This document shows, piece after piece, positions 20,522-31,793 of a stretch of DNA of 64,000 nt (the stretch's first letter is position 1; the number at the start of each line of letters is the position of its first letter). Source of the stretch: Candidatus Zhuqueibacterota bacterium. GTDB lineage: Bacteria > Zhuqueibacterota > Zhuqueibacteria > Oceanimicrobiales > Oceanimicrobiaceae. The position numbers and the translations under genes are program-made. Location: the NCBI GenBank assembly GCA_029262035.1, contig JAJDAE010000178.1, positions 105 to 64,104 of the forward strand, given 5' to 3'. The notes under the pieces are model-generated. The model was given only the letters and a program-made list of their open reading frames with translations. It did not search any database and had not been told where the DNA came from.

Positions 20522-20905
20522 TTAACGTTTGTTGAATTTGCGCCAAAATACCTGACCGCCTTTTAACAAAGCCGAAAGTATCGCGGCAACTTCTATCAGA
20601 GGTCGTTCTATACGTTCCTGCATATTCGCCTCAAAATCTCTTAAATTGATGGCGGTATCTCTAACTGCTGTAACACCTTCCCCCATTTTTCCCACCTGAT
20701 CCTCAACAGATTTAATTATGGCTCTAACATCATTAATCAGCTGTGAAAGATCGTGCGATAAAGGCACCAAGTGCATCCGGCTAAGCTCAGCGAGCTTGCG
20801 CGCTTCCGACAACATTTGGATCACTTTTATTAACGCACCAACAAGAAAAAGTGTAATTACGGAAAGAAGAACGGCAATAATTGTCAAACTGAGTGAAGGT
20901 TCCAT
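20522..20905 (-). CDS. DUF948-like membrane-anchored protein
   Basis: 127 aa with a single N-terminal TM followed by coiled-coil, YtxG-like. Adjacent to a YtxH-domain gene, as in Bacillus ytxGH. Confidence 0.55.
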   Translation of the reverse strand: MEPSLSLTIIAVLLSVITLFLVGALIKVIQMLSEARKLAELSRMHLVPLSHDLSQLINDVRAIIKSVEDQVGKMGEGVTAVRDTAINLRDFEANMQERIERPLIEVAAILSALLKGGQVFWRKFNKR

Positions 20906-20928
20906 GCCATGTTTTTCTTATTAAATGA

Positions 20929-21324
20929 TTAAGATTTTTTCTTTTTGGACTGCTTCTCTTCTTTGTATGCGGCCATCCCTGCTTCGAGCGCATCTTTTAC
21001 ACGGCTCTTTTCATTGTCCAGGGACTTTTTGCTTTTTTCGTATTTCTTAAGTGCATCGCCTTTTATATCTCCGGCTGCCTTTTCTGCCTCTTTGCGCAAT
21101 TCATCAATTTGCTGAGTTGCATCCGCCAAAATTTCTTCAGCCCTCTTTTGTGCAAATTCAAGACCGGACTCAGCTTCATCCATCAATTCAAGTGAGCGTT
21201 GTTTAATTTCATCACGCATTTCTTTACCAGATTTCGGGGCATAAAGCAATGCAATAACACCGCCAACCAAACCACCAAATATCACACCCTTTATAAAATC
21301 TGATCCATCATTACCATTTGACAT
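20929..21324 (-). CDS. YtxH-domain protein
   Basis: GVIFGGLVGGVIALLYAPKSGKEMRDEI is the YtxH signature. The remainder is coiled-coil / Lys-Glu rich. Confidence 0.7.
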   Translation of the reverse strand: MSNGNDGSDFIKGVIFGGLVGGVIALLYAPKSGKEMRDEIKQRSLELMDEAESGLEFAQKRAEEILADATQQIDELRKEAEKAAGDIKGDALKKYEKSKKSLDNEKSRVKDALEAGMAAYKEEKQSKKKKS

Positions 21325-21343
21325 AACTTCCTCCTTTACTTGC

Positions 21344-23359
<2,016 letters not shown>

Positions 23360-23460
23360 CTAAGTCAATTGGTTCATTCATACCTATCAATATAAAAGAT
23401 TACTGAATATAAACAAAATCCATGAAAATACAATAGGAACGTCAGGTTAAGTTTTTGCAA

Positions 23461-23492
23461 CAAAAAAGCCTGCTACTATGAAGTAACAGGCT
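23461..23492 (-). terminator. Rho-independent terminator downstream of tRNA-Pro
   Basis: On the minus strand, a GAGCCTG…CAGGCT hairpin is followed by a T6 run. Confidence 0.5.
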
Positions 23493-23496
23493 CTCT

Positions 23497-23573
23497 TGGT
23501 CGGGGCGATAGGATTCGAACCTACGGCCCTCGGTTCCCAAAACCGATGCGCTACCGGACTGCGCCACGCCCCG
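23497..23573 (-). tRNA. tRNA-Pro (anticodon GGG), CCA encoded
   Basis: The reverse complement reads CGGGGCGTGGCGCAGTCCGGTAGCGCATCGGTTTTGGGAACCGAGGGCCGTAGGTTCGAATCCTATCGCCCCGACCA. It folds as a cloverleaf with a 7-bp acceptor stem, anticodon loop UUGGGAA and T-loop GGTTCGAATCC. Confidence 0.85.
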
Positions 23574-23579
23574 AAAAAT

Positions 23580-24179
23580 CTATTTTTGTTTCTGTTCTAA
23601 AATTCTCTTAAAATTCAAAAATGCTTTACCACGATGACTAATTTTATTTTTTAACTCTAAATCCATTTCAGCGAAAGTTGAGCTAAACTCGGGTACATAA
23701 AAAACCGGGTCATACCCAAACCCTCTCTCACCTTTTGGTGTTTCAGCAATAATTCCTGCACAAAAACCTTCAGTAAATTCTGTATGTCCTTTCAGACAAA
23801 AGGCTATTACTGTTCTGAATTTCGCCGTTCTCTTTTCCCAAGGTACCCCTTCCAGTTCTGAGAGTAGCTTTTTCACATTGTCAGAGTAAGTCGCTTGATC
23901 CCCCGAGTACCGGGATGAATAAACGCCTGGTGCGCCATTCAAAAAATCAACCTCAAGACCTGTATCATCAGCAACTGCAGGCAACCCTGTAAACTCAGCA
24001 ATGACTTCAGCCTTCTTTTGGGCGTTGCCTTCGAGAGTATCTCTATCTTCAACGACTTCCGGCACGCCTGGAAATTGGTCGAGTGTCGCAATTTCAATGT
24101 CCAAATTAGCTAAAAGCTTTTGGATTTCCAAAACTTTATCGTAATTCTGAGTTGCGAGAACTATTTTATCAAACAACAA
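23580..24179 (-). CDS. rdgB: Non-canonical purine NTP pyrophosphatase (dITP/XTP pyrophosphatase, Ham1/RdgB family)
   Basis: N-terminal IVLATQNYDKVLEI matches the ATxNxxK motif. C-terminal FGYDPVFYVPEFSSTFAEM…ISHRGKA matches the RdgB signature. Confidence 0.85.
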   Translation of the reverse strand: MLFDKIVLATQNYDKVLEIQKLLANLDIEIATLDQFPGVPEVVEDRDTLEGNAQKKAEVIAEFTGLPAVADDTGLEVDFLNGAPGVYSSRYSGDQATYSDNVKKLLSELEGVPWEKRTAKFRTVIAFCLKGHTEFTEGFCAGIIAETPKGERGFGYDPVFYVPEFSSTFAEMDLELKNKISHRGKAFLNFKRILEQKQK

Positions 24180-24191
24180 TTAAATCTATAC

Positions 24192-24458
24192 TTAAAAAAT
24201 ATCTATTCTATCAACAATGCCAACAATAGAGGCATCGATTGGCGTTAGATTTATTGGGTAAGGAATAATTGCTTCCTTTGCGGTAACAAAATATACCATC
24301 TCTCCGGGCCCCGCACCAACTGTATCTACTGCAACTATTTCTGATCCTGTAACTTCCTTATTATGATCTACTGGTTGAATGATTTGCATTTTAGCACCTG
24401 TTAAGCTTTGATATTTTTGAGTCGCCCAAACGGTGCCAACGACTTTAGCCAAATTCAT
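24192..24458 (-). CDS. EutN/CcmL/PduN-family bacterial microcompartment vertex (BMC-P) protein, paralogue 2
   Basis: 88 aa, MNLAKVVGTVWATQKYQSLTGAKMQIIQP…AVDTVGAGPGEMV…IDASIVGIVD. Collinear with the EutN/PduN consensus (AKV.GTV..T.K...L.G.KL…P…A.D..GAG.GE.V…). Confidence 0.8.
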   Translation of the reverse strand: MNLAKVVGTVWATQKYQSLTGAKMQIIQPVDHNKEVTGSEIVAVDTVGAGPGEMVYFVTAKEAIIPYPINLTPIDASIVGIVDRIDIF

Positions 24459-24724
24459 TCAATCACATCCAGTTTATCGACGATTGCCATGATTGTAGCA
24501 TCAATCGCCTTATTTTCAGTTAACTCAGTCTGCCTAGCTGAGCTTCCCTGACAAATCAGAACAATTTCACCAACTCCTGCTCCAACAGCATCTACCGCTA
24601 CAAAAAAGTTAGTTTTTTCTTTATAATCCAACTCGACAGGTCGCACAATCTGCAATTTTGTGCCGACCAAACCATCATCCTTTTGAGTCGCCCAAACCGT
24701 ACCGATGACTTTTGCAAGTATCAT
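24455..24724 (-). CDS. EutN/CcmL/PduN-family bacterial microcompartment vertex (BMC-P) protein, paralogue 1
   Basis: 89 aa, MILAKVIGTVWATQKDDGLVGTKLQIVRP…AVDAVGAGVGEIVLICQGSSARQ…IDATIMAIVD. The stop overlaps the paralogue-2 start (ATGA). Confidence 0.85.
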   Translation of the reverse strand: MILAKVIGTVWATQKDDGLVGTKLQIVRPVELDYKEKTNFFVAVDAVGAGVGEIVLICQGSSARQTELTENKAIDATIMAIVDKLDVIE

Positions 24725-24742
24725 CGAAAATTCCCCAGACGA

Positions 24743-24943
24743 TTAAATATATATTTCTTTCTGATTACAACTACAAACTAATACAAAGTTTTGTAAAAAT
24801 TTCCATGAATTCTTTGTCTCTGATCTAACAGAAGAAATCAACTTTACATTTGCATAGGCTTCACCACACTTAGGGCAATTCGTTGTATCTCTGTCAGAGG
24901 CAGCTTTTGCAGTTTTTGCTGCAAAACTTGTATCTTTAGCCAT
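24743..24943 (-). CDS. Small zinc-ribbon-like protein (CPKC…CSC), hypothetical
   Basis: 66 aa with four Cys arranged Cx2C…CxC. It sits 18 nt upstream of the BMC-P pair on the same strand. Low-complexity N-terminus. Coding status uncertain. Confidence 0.35.
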   Translation of the reverse strand: MAKDTSFAAKTAKAASDRDTTNCPKCGEAYANVKLISSVRSETKNSWKFLQNFVLVCSCNQKEIYI

Positions 24944-25058
24944 AAAAAATGCTCCTAGTCACAAAATAACGAACAACTAATTTAACAATAAAAGAATAAA
25001 AGTCAACAAAAAAGCCTGAATGAAAAATAGAAGTGTCAATATAGCAAATATGATTAAT

Positions 25059-26273
25059 TTATCGGAAGAGTTGTTGCTTTATTTTCTCCAATTCCTGCTC
25101 AAGATATTCGACTCGTTTAGCAAGAATTTGGTTTCTTTTCTGAATCTGATAATTACTTTTCTTATCGTTCAATCCATTTGCTTTAGCTTGCATATTTTGT
25201 GACTTCAAAGAATCGGAACCGGAGGAGTTATTTTCAAATTTTCGTTTCTCGGCAAGCTCAACCTCCGTTGAATAAATTTGCTCAGCACGCATAAATTCTA
25301 ACTTAACTGGTCTACCAGGTGAAGTGCTCTCTACAATTTTTGCAAAATGAGAAATATTTTTAATTTTTCTCCCGGAAAACTTCAACACGATATCGCCTTC
25401 TTCTAAACCTGCTTTTTGGGCAGGACTGTTCGCTTTAATTTGGCCAATTTTGGGTTGTTCTCCATCATAATAACCAACAACGCCAAGCCACCCTCTTTTT
25501 ACATAGCCATAAGCGATAATATCTTCAGCAACTTTCCTTACCCAATTACATGGGTAAACCATAGTAGTCTGACTTGCTCCAAAACCTCCCCAACCAGAAA
25601 TATCACCACCGGGCATAAGTTGACCAGCAACCAGCCCAATGACTTCACCTTTGAGATTAATAATCGGGCTACCATTATTACCCGGACTCAGGTTTGCCGA
25701 AATTTGAATCATTCCATCTTCACGTACGCCATTTACCGTCCCTATAACAATAGCAGGATAAACACCAAAGGCATTCCCCATGATAAAATTCCAACTGCCT
25801 GCATTTACATTGGTAGAATCGCTAAATTTCGCAGGCTGTATGGCTACCAATTTGGATGGGTCAACTTTTATTACTGCAAAACCGGTACCGGGGTCATCAC
25901 CAACAAACTCAGCTTGAAGTGTCATTCCGTTCGCAAAGACAATCTCGTTTTTTAATGAACCCAAAACAATGCTACTTCTCGTAATAATATGTCCTGACTT
26001 ATCAAAAATAACACCTGTACCAATATTAACAAAAGAAAACTCTTTTAGTTCAGGTACGGTTTCGTTACTAAATAGCGAGAAAAGACCATTCTCTTTTTCA
26101 ACAGGAACTTTATGGGAGAATTCTGATCGTACAGTTATGATAGATTCTTTATTGGAGAATATAAGCTCTTGTAATTCTTGTTCAAACTTCTTTAAAGTTT
26201 CTCCTGAAAAACTATTTTGGTAAAAAAAAAGAACCAAGAGAGAAGACAATACTATAAAATGTAACTTTTGCAT
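25059..26273 (-). CDS. HtrA/DegP-family periplasmic serine endopeptidase (trypsin-like S1C + PDZ)
   Basis: Signal peptide MQKLHFIVLSSLLVLFFY. Catalytic-Ser context GNSGSPIINLKGEVIGLV. PDZ region with GDIVLKFSGRKI. Start moved to ATG 26273, the signal-peptide Met; the longer ORF to 26381 is unlikely. Confidence 0.85.
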   Translation of the reverse strand: MQKLHFIVLSSLLVLFFYQNSFSGETLKKFEQELQELIFSNKESIITVRSEFSHKVPVEKENGLFSLFSNETVPELKEFSFVNIGTGVIFDKSGHIITRSSIVLGSLKNEIVFANGMTLQAEFVGDDPGTGFAVIKVDPSKLVAIQPAKFSDSTNVNAGSWNFIMGNAFGVYPAIVIGTVNGVREDGMIQISANLSPGNNGSPIINLKGEVIGLVAGQLMPGGDISGWGGFGASQTTMVYPCNWVRKVAEDIIAYGYVKRGWLGVVGYYDGEQPKIGQIKANSPAQKAGLEEGDIVLKFSGRKIKNISHFAKIVESTSPGRPVKLEFMRAEQIYSTEVELAEKRKFENNSSGSDSLKSQNMQAKANGLNDKKSNYQIQKRNQILAKRVEYLEQELEKIKQQLFR

Positions 26274-26322
26274 TTTGGGTTTGAATAAAAAAACTTTAAA
26301 CTTGCAGTGGTTCACAATGATA

Positions 26323-26865
26323 TTAGAACTCAACAACCTGAATATGTTCTCCAAAGTTCCCACCAGAACGAATGGAGTCACGCCTTGAGGCAGCTTGTCG
26401 CTGGCCTTCAGAGCTCAATTGCGTAGCTCCTTCTTTGTTCAAACCAACTCTGTCCAATGTATAGAATGTTGGTTGGACGTTGGGTGAGTTTTGCTCGAGA
26501 GCCGGAAGCTCAGCCTGAGTATTGGCGCCAAAATTGTCTGAATTGGGGCCAAACGCCAGAAATAAAGCCATAACCGCAGCAGCGCCGGCAAAGGCCAAAG
26601 AAGGTATTCTCACGTATTCCGGTATTAGCGTACTTCGACCGAGCCTTTTTTCCATCCTGATCCTTGCCCGCAAGTCAGAGTCAAAATCAGGGGACGTTTT
26701 AACACTTTGAAGAGAACCGAGCTGACTGCGCAAATCTTTAATTTTTTGATAAAATTGTGCAGCCTCCTGGTTATTTTCCAGAAGTTTTTTTATTTCTTTA
26801 CGTTTTTGGAGTGGCAATAAACCATCAATGAGATCAAAAATATCTTGTTGTAACGTTTCCATCAT
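26323..26865 (-). CDS. Putative anti-sigma factor (single-pass membrane protein) cognate to the upstream ECF sigma
   Basis: 180 aa with a cytoplasmic N-terminal helix, one TM (PSLAFAGAAAVMALFLAF) and a periplasmic tail. It sits between the ECF sigma and HtrA in rpoE-rseA-degP-like order. Confidence 0.55.
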   Translation of the reverse strand: MMETLQQDIFDLIDGLLPLQKRKEIKKLLENNQEAAQFYQKIKDLRSQLGSLQSVKTSPDFDSDLRARIRMEKRLGRSTLIPEYVRIPSLAFAGAAAVMALFLAFGPNSDNFGANTQAELPALEQNSPNVQPTFYTLDRVGLNKEGATQLSSEGQRQAASRRDSIRSGGNFGEHIQVVEF

Positions 26866-26926
26866 AGGCTTTACCTCAAATCAGTTTTCGTATGTGTAAC
26901 AATAATTTCGGCAAATTTAAACAAAA

Positions 26927-27541
26927 CTACTTCTTTTCCATTAAATCTTTCAATTGGCTTTGTAACTTAAGTCGGCCTCGATTTACTCTTGATTTTACAG
27001 TCCCAATCGGAACTTTTATGATCTTACTTATCTCTTCATAAGAGAGTTCCTGAACATCGCGAAGAATTATAACTTCTCTAAATTTAGGGGAAAGATTATT
27101 GATTTTATGATGGATTATTTCTTCCTGAATAACTCCGTCAACTTTATTTTCCGGATTATAATTCTCATCAGAAATTTCATAATCCCTGTCTTCAAACCCC
27201 ATATCCGTTACCGAAAATAATTTCCGCCGTTTACGCTTTCTCAATTCAGTACGTGACAAATTCCCGGCGATTGTATAAATCCAAGTAGAAAATTTGGCGA
27301 TCCGTTTATAAGCATGCCGCTTTCGATAGACTCGAAGAAAAGTTTCCTGCACAATATCTTCTGCTTCTTCCTGATTGCCAATAAAACGATAAACAAAATT
27401 TAAAAGCTGCTCTTTGTACCGCTTAACAATTAAATCGAAAGCATAAACATCGCCGCGTTGGAATCTTTCAATAAGGTCTTCGTCGGAAGGCTTATTTCCT
27501 TTCTTCTTTAGAGCTTCACTGTTTTCGAAATTTTCAACCAT
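26927..27541 (-). CDS. ECF-family RNA polymerase sigma factor (sigma-E-like)
   Basis: Sigma-70 region 2 (DIVQETFLRVYRKRHAY) and region 4 HTH (LSYEEISKIIKVPIGTVKSRVNRGRLKL). Confidence 0.9.
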   Translation of the reverse strand: MVENFENSEALKKKGNKPSDEDLIERFQRGDVYAFDLIVKRYKEQLLNFVYRFIGNQEEAEDIVQETFLRVYRKRHAYKRIAKFSTWIYTIAGNLSRTELRKRKRRKLFSVTDMGFEDRDYEISDENYNPENKVDGVIQEEIIHHKINNLSPKFREVIILRDVQELSYEEISKIIKVPIGTVKSRVNRGRLKLQSQLKDLMEKK

Positions 27542-27572
27542 CTTTGTCCTAAAAAGTTCCTCAAAAAAATGT

Positions 27573-28562
27573 TTATTGGAGGATATTTATCAGCATTGTT
27601 TGCAGTGCAATCTCTGGCGATTGCTGGCTTGTTTTCAATTTTAAATCAGTGGTTAATAACACCGAAAAAATATCATCAAACTTTTCATTCGAGAATTTAC
27701 GAGCCATCTCTTCTGTTTTCTGTACAAAAAATAGCGGAATGCCTGCCAGGGAAGCAATTTCGCTTCTGCTCTTCTTTTGTGCACCTAAACCTTTCACTTT
27801 CAACAAATTTACAAAGTGTCGTGTAATCATTGCCAAAATTGCTGTGTGCGATTCACCGCTTTCAAGCATTTTATTCAGAATGGTTATGGATTTTTCCAAC
27901 TTCTTGCCGCCAATAGCATCATTTAAATCAAATACACTAAACTTACGAGAAAACCCTACAACATTTTGAACATCTTCCGTTTCTATTTTCTTTTTACTGT
28001 TCAAATTCAGGGTAATTTTTTCTACTTCATTTACCAATGCCCTTAAGTTGTTACCCACATAAGCTTGCAGCAAAAGACTGGCCTCTGATGAAATTTCATA
28101 ACCGCTGCCCTTAACAAATTCCGAAATCCATGCAGGAATTTTATTTTCGTACAAAGGTTTGCATTCCACATAACAGCTTTTGGATTTTATGGTAGAAGCT
28201 GCTTTACTGCGAAGGTTCAATTTATCGGCAATCAAAATTAATTTGGTAGTTTTAGCCGGATTATTGACATAGGCCGCCAAAGCCTCAAGCCCTTTAGCGG
28301 GAACTTTTTGCAATTCTTTTACAATGACCATTCTACACGGTGACATCATAGGGTAAGCATTTGCAACATCCAAAATTCTTCCAACATCTACCTGGCTGGC
28401 ATACAAAATATCGTAGTCAAAATCTTTGGGATTAGACCCAAAGCAGGCATCATCCAAGCGACGCACACCGTCTTCAATTAAATAATCTTCAACGCCTATA
28501 AATAGAAACAGTGGTGACTCTTGATTTTTTTTAAGAGATTTCAGGAATTCGTTATAGGTCAT
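27573..28562 (-). CDS. holA: DNA polymerase III delta subunit
   Basis: ~330 aa. N-terminal PLFLFIGVEDYLIEDGVRRL. Overall delta-subunit clamp-loader pattern. Start set at MTYNEF (ATG 28562). Confidence 0.75.
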   Translation of the reverse strand: MTYNEFLKSLKKNQESPLFLFIGVEDYLIEDGVRRLDDACFGSNPKDFDYDILYASQVDVGRILDVANAYPMMSPCRMVIVKELQKVPAKGLEALAAYVNNPAKTTKLILIADKLNLRSKAASTIKSKSCYVECKPLYENKIPAWISEFVKGSGYEISSEASLLLQAYVGNNLRALVNEVEKITLNLNSKKKIETEDVQNVVGFSRKFSVFDLNDAIGGKKLEKSITILNKMLESGESHTAILAMITRHFVNLLKVKGLGAQKKSRSEIASLAGIPLFFVQKTEEMARKFSNEKFDDIFSVLLTTDLKLKTSQQSPEIALQTMLINILQ

Positions 28563-28695
28563 TTGCTCAGCTTGGATTTCTCTTTTTTTATGGCAAGGCT
28601 TAAGGCGAAAACAAATCCCCCCCAAACAAAAGTAAGAATAAATACCATAAAAATGATAGCAGTTACTGTCATTTAATCTTCCCTACGAATTAAAA

Positions 28696-30147
28696 TTAGC
28701 TTTGCGCTGCTGTTGCTTTGTAAATTTTTTTATTAAAAATCAAAAATATCGTGATCATCACAACCCACTGAAATATGCACGTCCCCAGGCTAAAGGTACG
28801 AAATGGGTTCCACCAGCCCTCAGGATCATATACAACAACTGCCTGCCAAAACCACCATCCCAACAAAACGACAAACTCAACCGGGATTAGATAAGTGACA
28901 ATTATATTAAACCACTTTCCTGCGACAATATCATTCCCTTCCGTATTGATGAGTTTTGTCCTCATTTTATCCGTACTATATTTTATAGCAGCAAATGCAA
29001 AAAACATACCGCTAATTATCAAGCCAAGTCCCCAAACCCAATCTTGATTGTTGAAAAATTGTAAACTCAGGGCTGAAGGCAACCCCAATAAAAAGCCAAA
29101 AACTGCTACAAATAAAATCGACTTTTTTCGCTCTAATCCAGCATCTATGAAAATCCTTGTAGCCAACTCTATCATTGCAATCAAGGAGGATAGTGCTGCA
29201 AAAGTCAAGGCCAAAAAAAAGATGACCATAAAAAACGAGCCAAACGGCATTTGCTCAAAAAGTTTTGGAATCCAGATAAAAGTTAACCCAGTATTTCCGG
29301 CTGCCATTGCACTCATGGCCTCATCGTAGGGTAAAATAGCAAAAATTGTCGGTAAAACAACCAACGCGGCCAGAAGTGAGGCAGAATTATTTCCAAGGCC
29401 GGCAATAAACGAATTGAGCACGATGTCTTCTTTTTGCTTCATATACACCGCATAAGTCAGAATCAGTCCCCAACCGGCACCTGTTGACCAGGCGGATTGC
29501 GACAATGCTTCCAACCAGGTTTTGTAATGAAACAGCACTTTGAGATCAATATTGAACAGGTAGTTTAAACCGTCCGTAGCGCCAGGAAGTGATAACGCCC
29601 GGCCAGCCGCAACAAGCAGCAAAAGAAACAAGGTTGGAATTAAAAACTTATTGGCTTTTTCGATGCCATTTACCACGCCCTTATAAATAACAAAAGAACC
29701 CACCAGCATGGCTATAAGGTGATAGAATACCGGTTGATAGCCCGAAGTAAAACCCTGCCAGAATTGTTCTGACTGTACAATACCTTTATCAAACGTAACA
29801 GATGAAACCAAGTATTTCACGCACCAACCCATAACGACAGAATAATAGAACATGATGGCCATGGTGCAAAACCCCACAAACGCACCCATCCAAGTATAAC
29901 TTTCTCCGAGTAGTTTGCCGAAAGCGCCAACAGTTCCTTTGCGGGTCTCTTTGCCAATTGCAAATTCTACCATAAGCAATGGAATAGACCATAAAAACAG
30001 AAAAATTATCCATGGAATTAAAAAAGAACCGCCGCCATTTTGCGCGACGATACGGGGAAAACGCCAAATATTTCCAGTGCCAACGGCCATGCCCAGAGCG
30101 GCCAGTATTAACGCCCATCTGGACGAAAACAGTTCGGCTTTTTTCAT
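28696..30147 (-). CDS. Sodium-dependent transporter, SNF/NSS family
   Basis: GTGNIWRFPRIVAQNGGGSFLIPWII…EFAIGK is the NSS signature. ~12 TM. Confidence 0.9.
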   Translation of the reverse strand: MKKAELFSSRWALILAALGMAVGTGNIWRFPRIVAQNGGGSFLIPWIIFLFLWSIPLLMVEFAIGKETRKGTVGAFGKLLGESYTWMGAFVGFCTMAIMFYYSVVMGWCVKYLVSSVTFDKGIVQSEQFWQGFTSGYQPVFYHLIAMLVGSFVIYKGVVNGIEKANKFLIPTLFLLLLVAAGRALSLPGATDGLNYLFNIDLKVLFHYKTWLEALSQSAWSTGAGWGLILTYAVYMKQKEDIVLNSFIAGLGNNSASLLAALVVLPTIFAILPYDEAMSAMAAGNTGLTFIWIPKLFEQMPFGSFFMVIFFLALTFAALSSLIAMIELATRIFIDAGLERKKSILFVAVFGFLLGLPSALSLQFFNNQDWVWGLGLIISGMFFAFAAIKYSTDKMRTKLINTEGNDIVAGKWFNIIVTYLIPVEFVVLLGWWFWQAVVVYDPEGWWNPFRTFSLGTCIFQWVVMITIFLIFNKKIYKATAAQS

Positions 30148-30171
30148 ATTCCTCCCAGAAACTTTAAAAGC

Positions 30172-30990
30172 TTAATTAAGCAAAAAATATATTAACCCAA
30201 CACCACCAATTGCAAAACAATAATACGAGAAGCGACTAAAAGTGCCTTCTTTTACAACAGCAAGAAGCCATTTAATGGCGAATAGGCCTGAAACATAAGC
30301 AGCTATTGTTCCGGCAATAAGCGTCATGATTTCTTCAGAAGCGGGCGGGGTTTCAACTAAATTCAGAACTTGCAAAATACTTGCGCCAAGAATTAAGGGA
30401 ATTACAAGTAAAAATGAAAAACGAGCAGCCTGATTGCGCTCAACGCCCATAAGCATTGCTGTGCTGATTGTGGTTCCCGATCTGGAAATACCCGGGAAAA
30501 TAGCAGCAATCTGGGCTACGCCGATTAGTAACGATTGGAATTTAGAAATCTGCTCACCCTTGGAACCAGCCATTTTACTCGCGGTCAATATTAATCCGGT
30601 TACAATCAATGCAACACAGGCAAACTCAGGGTGGTGAAAGGCTTCCTCAAAGCTATCTTTAAATAGATAGCCAATTACCGCTGCAGGCAAGGTACCTATT
30701 ATCAACAGTAAAAGTAGTTTAAAACCTTGCTCATCCTCTGAATTTGCACGTCCGCCAAACTTAAAAAGAAAAATGGATCTGACCCCTTTTAACAAGACAA
30801 CAAAATCCTTCCAAAACAATGTAAATACTGCAAGCAAAGAACCCATATGTACAAAAACTTCGAAAGTGATATTTTCGATTTCAATACCCAAAATGGCCTT
30901 ACCGAGCACCAAATGTCCGGAACTGCTAACCGGAAGAAACTCAGTTAACCCCTGAACAATACCTAGAATAACCGCCTCAATAATTGTCAC
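30172..30990 (-). CDS. uppP: Undecaprenyl-diphosphate phosphatase
   Basis: Motifs EFLPVSSSGHL and PGISRSGTTI. 8 TM. 272 aa. Confidence 0.95.
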   Translation of the reverse strand: MTIIEAVILGIVQGLTEFLPVSSSGHLVLGKAILGIEIENITFEVFVHMGSLLAVFTLFWKDFVVLLKGVRSIFLFKFGGRANSEDEQGFKLLLLLIIGTLPAAVIGYLFKDSFEEAFHHPEFACVALIVTGLILTASKMAGSKGEQISKFQSLLIGVAQIAAIFPGISRSGTTISTAMLMGVERNQAARFSFLLVIPLILGASILQVLNLVETPPASEEIMTLIAGTIAAYVSGLFAIKWLLAVVKEGTFSRFSYYCFAIGGVGLIYFLLN

Positions 30991-31092
30991 TGCATATTCC
31001 TATCCAGAAACCTTTTCCATTTACTTTTAATATAACCCATTTGCTATTTTTTTGCAAGCAAAACGGATTGAGTCAATTGTGACGTTAATACG

Positions 31093-31130
31093 AAAAAAAA
31101 GGCTTTGGTTAAAAAACCAAAGCCTTTTTG
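31093..31130 (-). terminator. Rho-independent terminator downstream of the OMP gene (AAAGGCTTTGG-loop-CCAAAGCCTTT, flanked by A8/T5 runs)
   Basis: Perfect 11-bp stem with flanking homopolymer runs, seen directly. Confidence 0.65.
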
Positions 31131-31147
31131 CGAATCTATAACTAATT

Positions 31148-31678
31148 TTAGTTACCTAAAAGGTAAGTGATTCCGCCAAATACTTTGAACGATTGAAAAT
31201 CAGACAGTACAAGGCGAGCTTCGGCAGTAAAAAGTAAGTTGTCACCAACAGGCAAGTCAAGACCGCCAAGCAGGTTCAAACCTATATCAGTTGAAGAATT
31301 ATCAGATGTTCCACCCAAGAAAGGACCAAGATCAACCTCAGCACTAGTTATCATAATTGCTAAACCACCGCCACCAAAGAAAGACATATTGCCTGAAGAT
31401 GGAAAGTAATAACGTGCGTCAGCATTAATTCCCAATTGAGAAAAATCTAAGGCTCCTTCGCTTTTAGTCCAATAATCAATACTTGGAAAAAGAACCACAT
31501 TCTCAATAACTTCACCCAAATTTGCATGTGCGCCAAAAGCTATAGTAGCATCAATATTTTCAGGTTTTACAAAACCCAAACGGCCGCCAATACCGTTAAA
31601 ACCAATTTGTGCAAATGAGCTTGCAGCGAAACCACAAACCAACACAACGACCATTACAACAGTAATGATTTTCCTCAT
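31148..31678 (-). CDS. Outer-membrane beta-barrel protein (OmpW/Opa-like small porin family)
   Basis: Signal peptide. Alternating amphipathic beta-strands. C-terminal aromatic residue (…GITYLLGN). Confidence 0.55.
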   Translation of the reverse strand: MRKIITVVMVVVLVCGFAASSFAQIGFNGIGGRLGFVKPENIDATIAFGAHANLGEVIENVVLFPSIDYWTKSEGALDFSQLGINADARYYFPSSGNMSFFGGGGLAIMITSAEVDLGPFLGGTSDNSSTDIGLNLLGGLDLPVGDNLLFTAEARLVLSDFQSFKVFGGITYLLGN

Positions 31679-31793
31679 ATTACCTCCTGTAAATAATTAA
31701 TAAATATAATGGTTTATTTAAGTGACACTCTGAATTGTAATTATAGATTTACTTCTTTTTTCAAGCCGTGTTTCAAGAATTATTTGATAAAGC

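Noticed and set aside
23580-24179. RdgB with ATQNYDK instead of the usual ATxNxGK N-terminal motif
   Set aside because: The lysine and motif length are conserved, and the downstream signature FGYDPVF…SHRG is canonical. It is probably lineage variation rather than loss of function.
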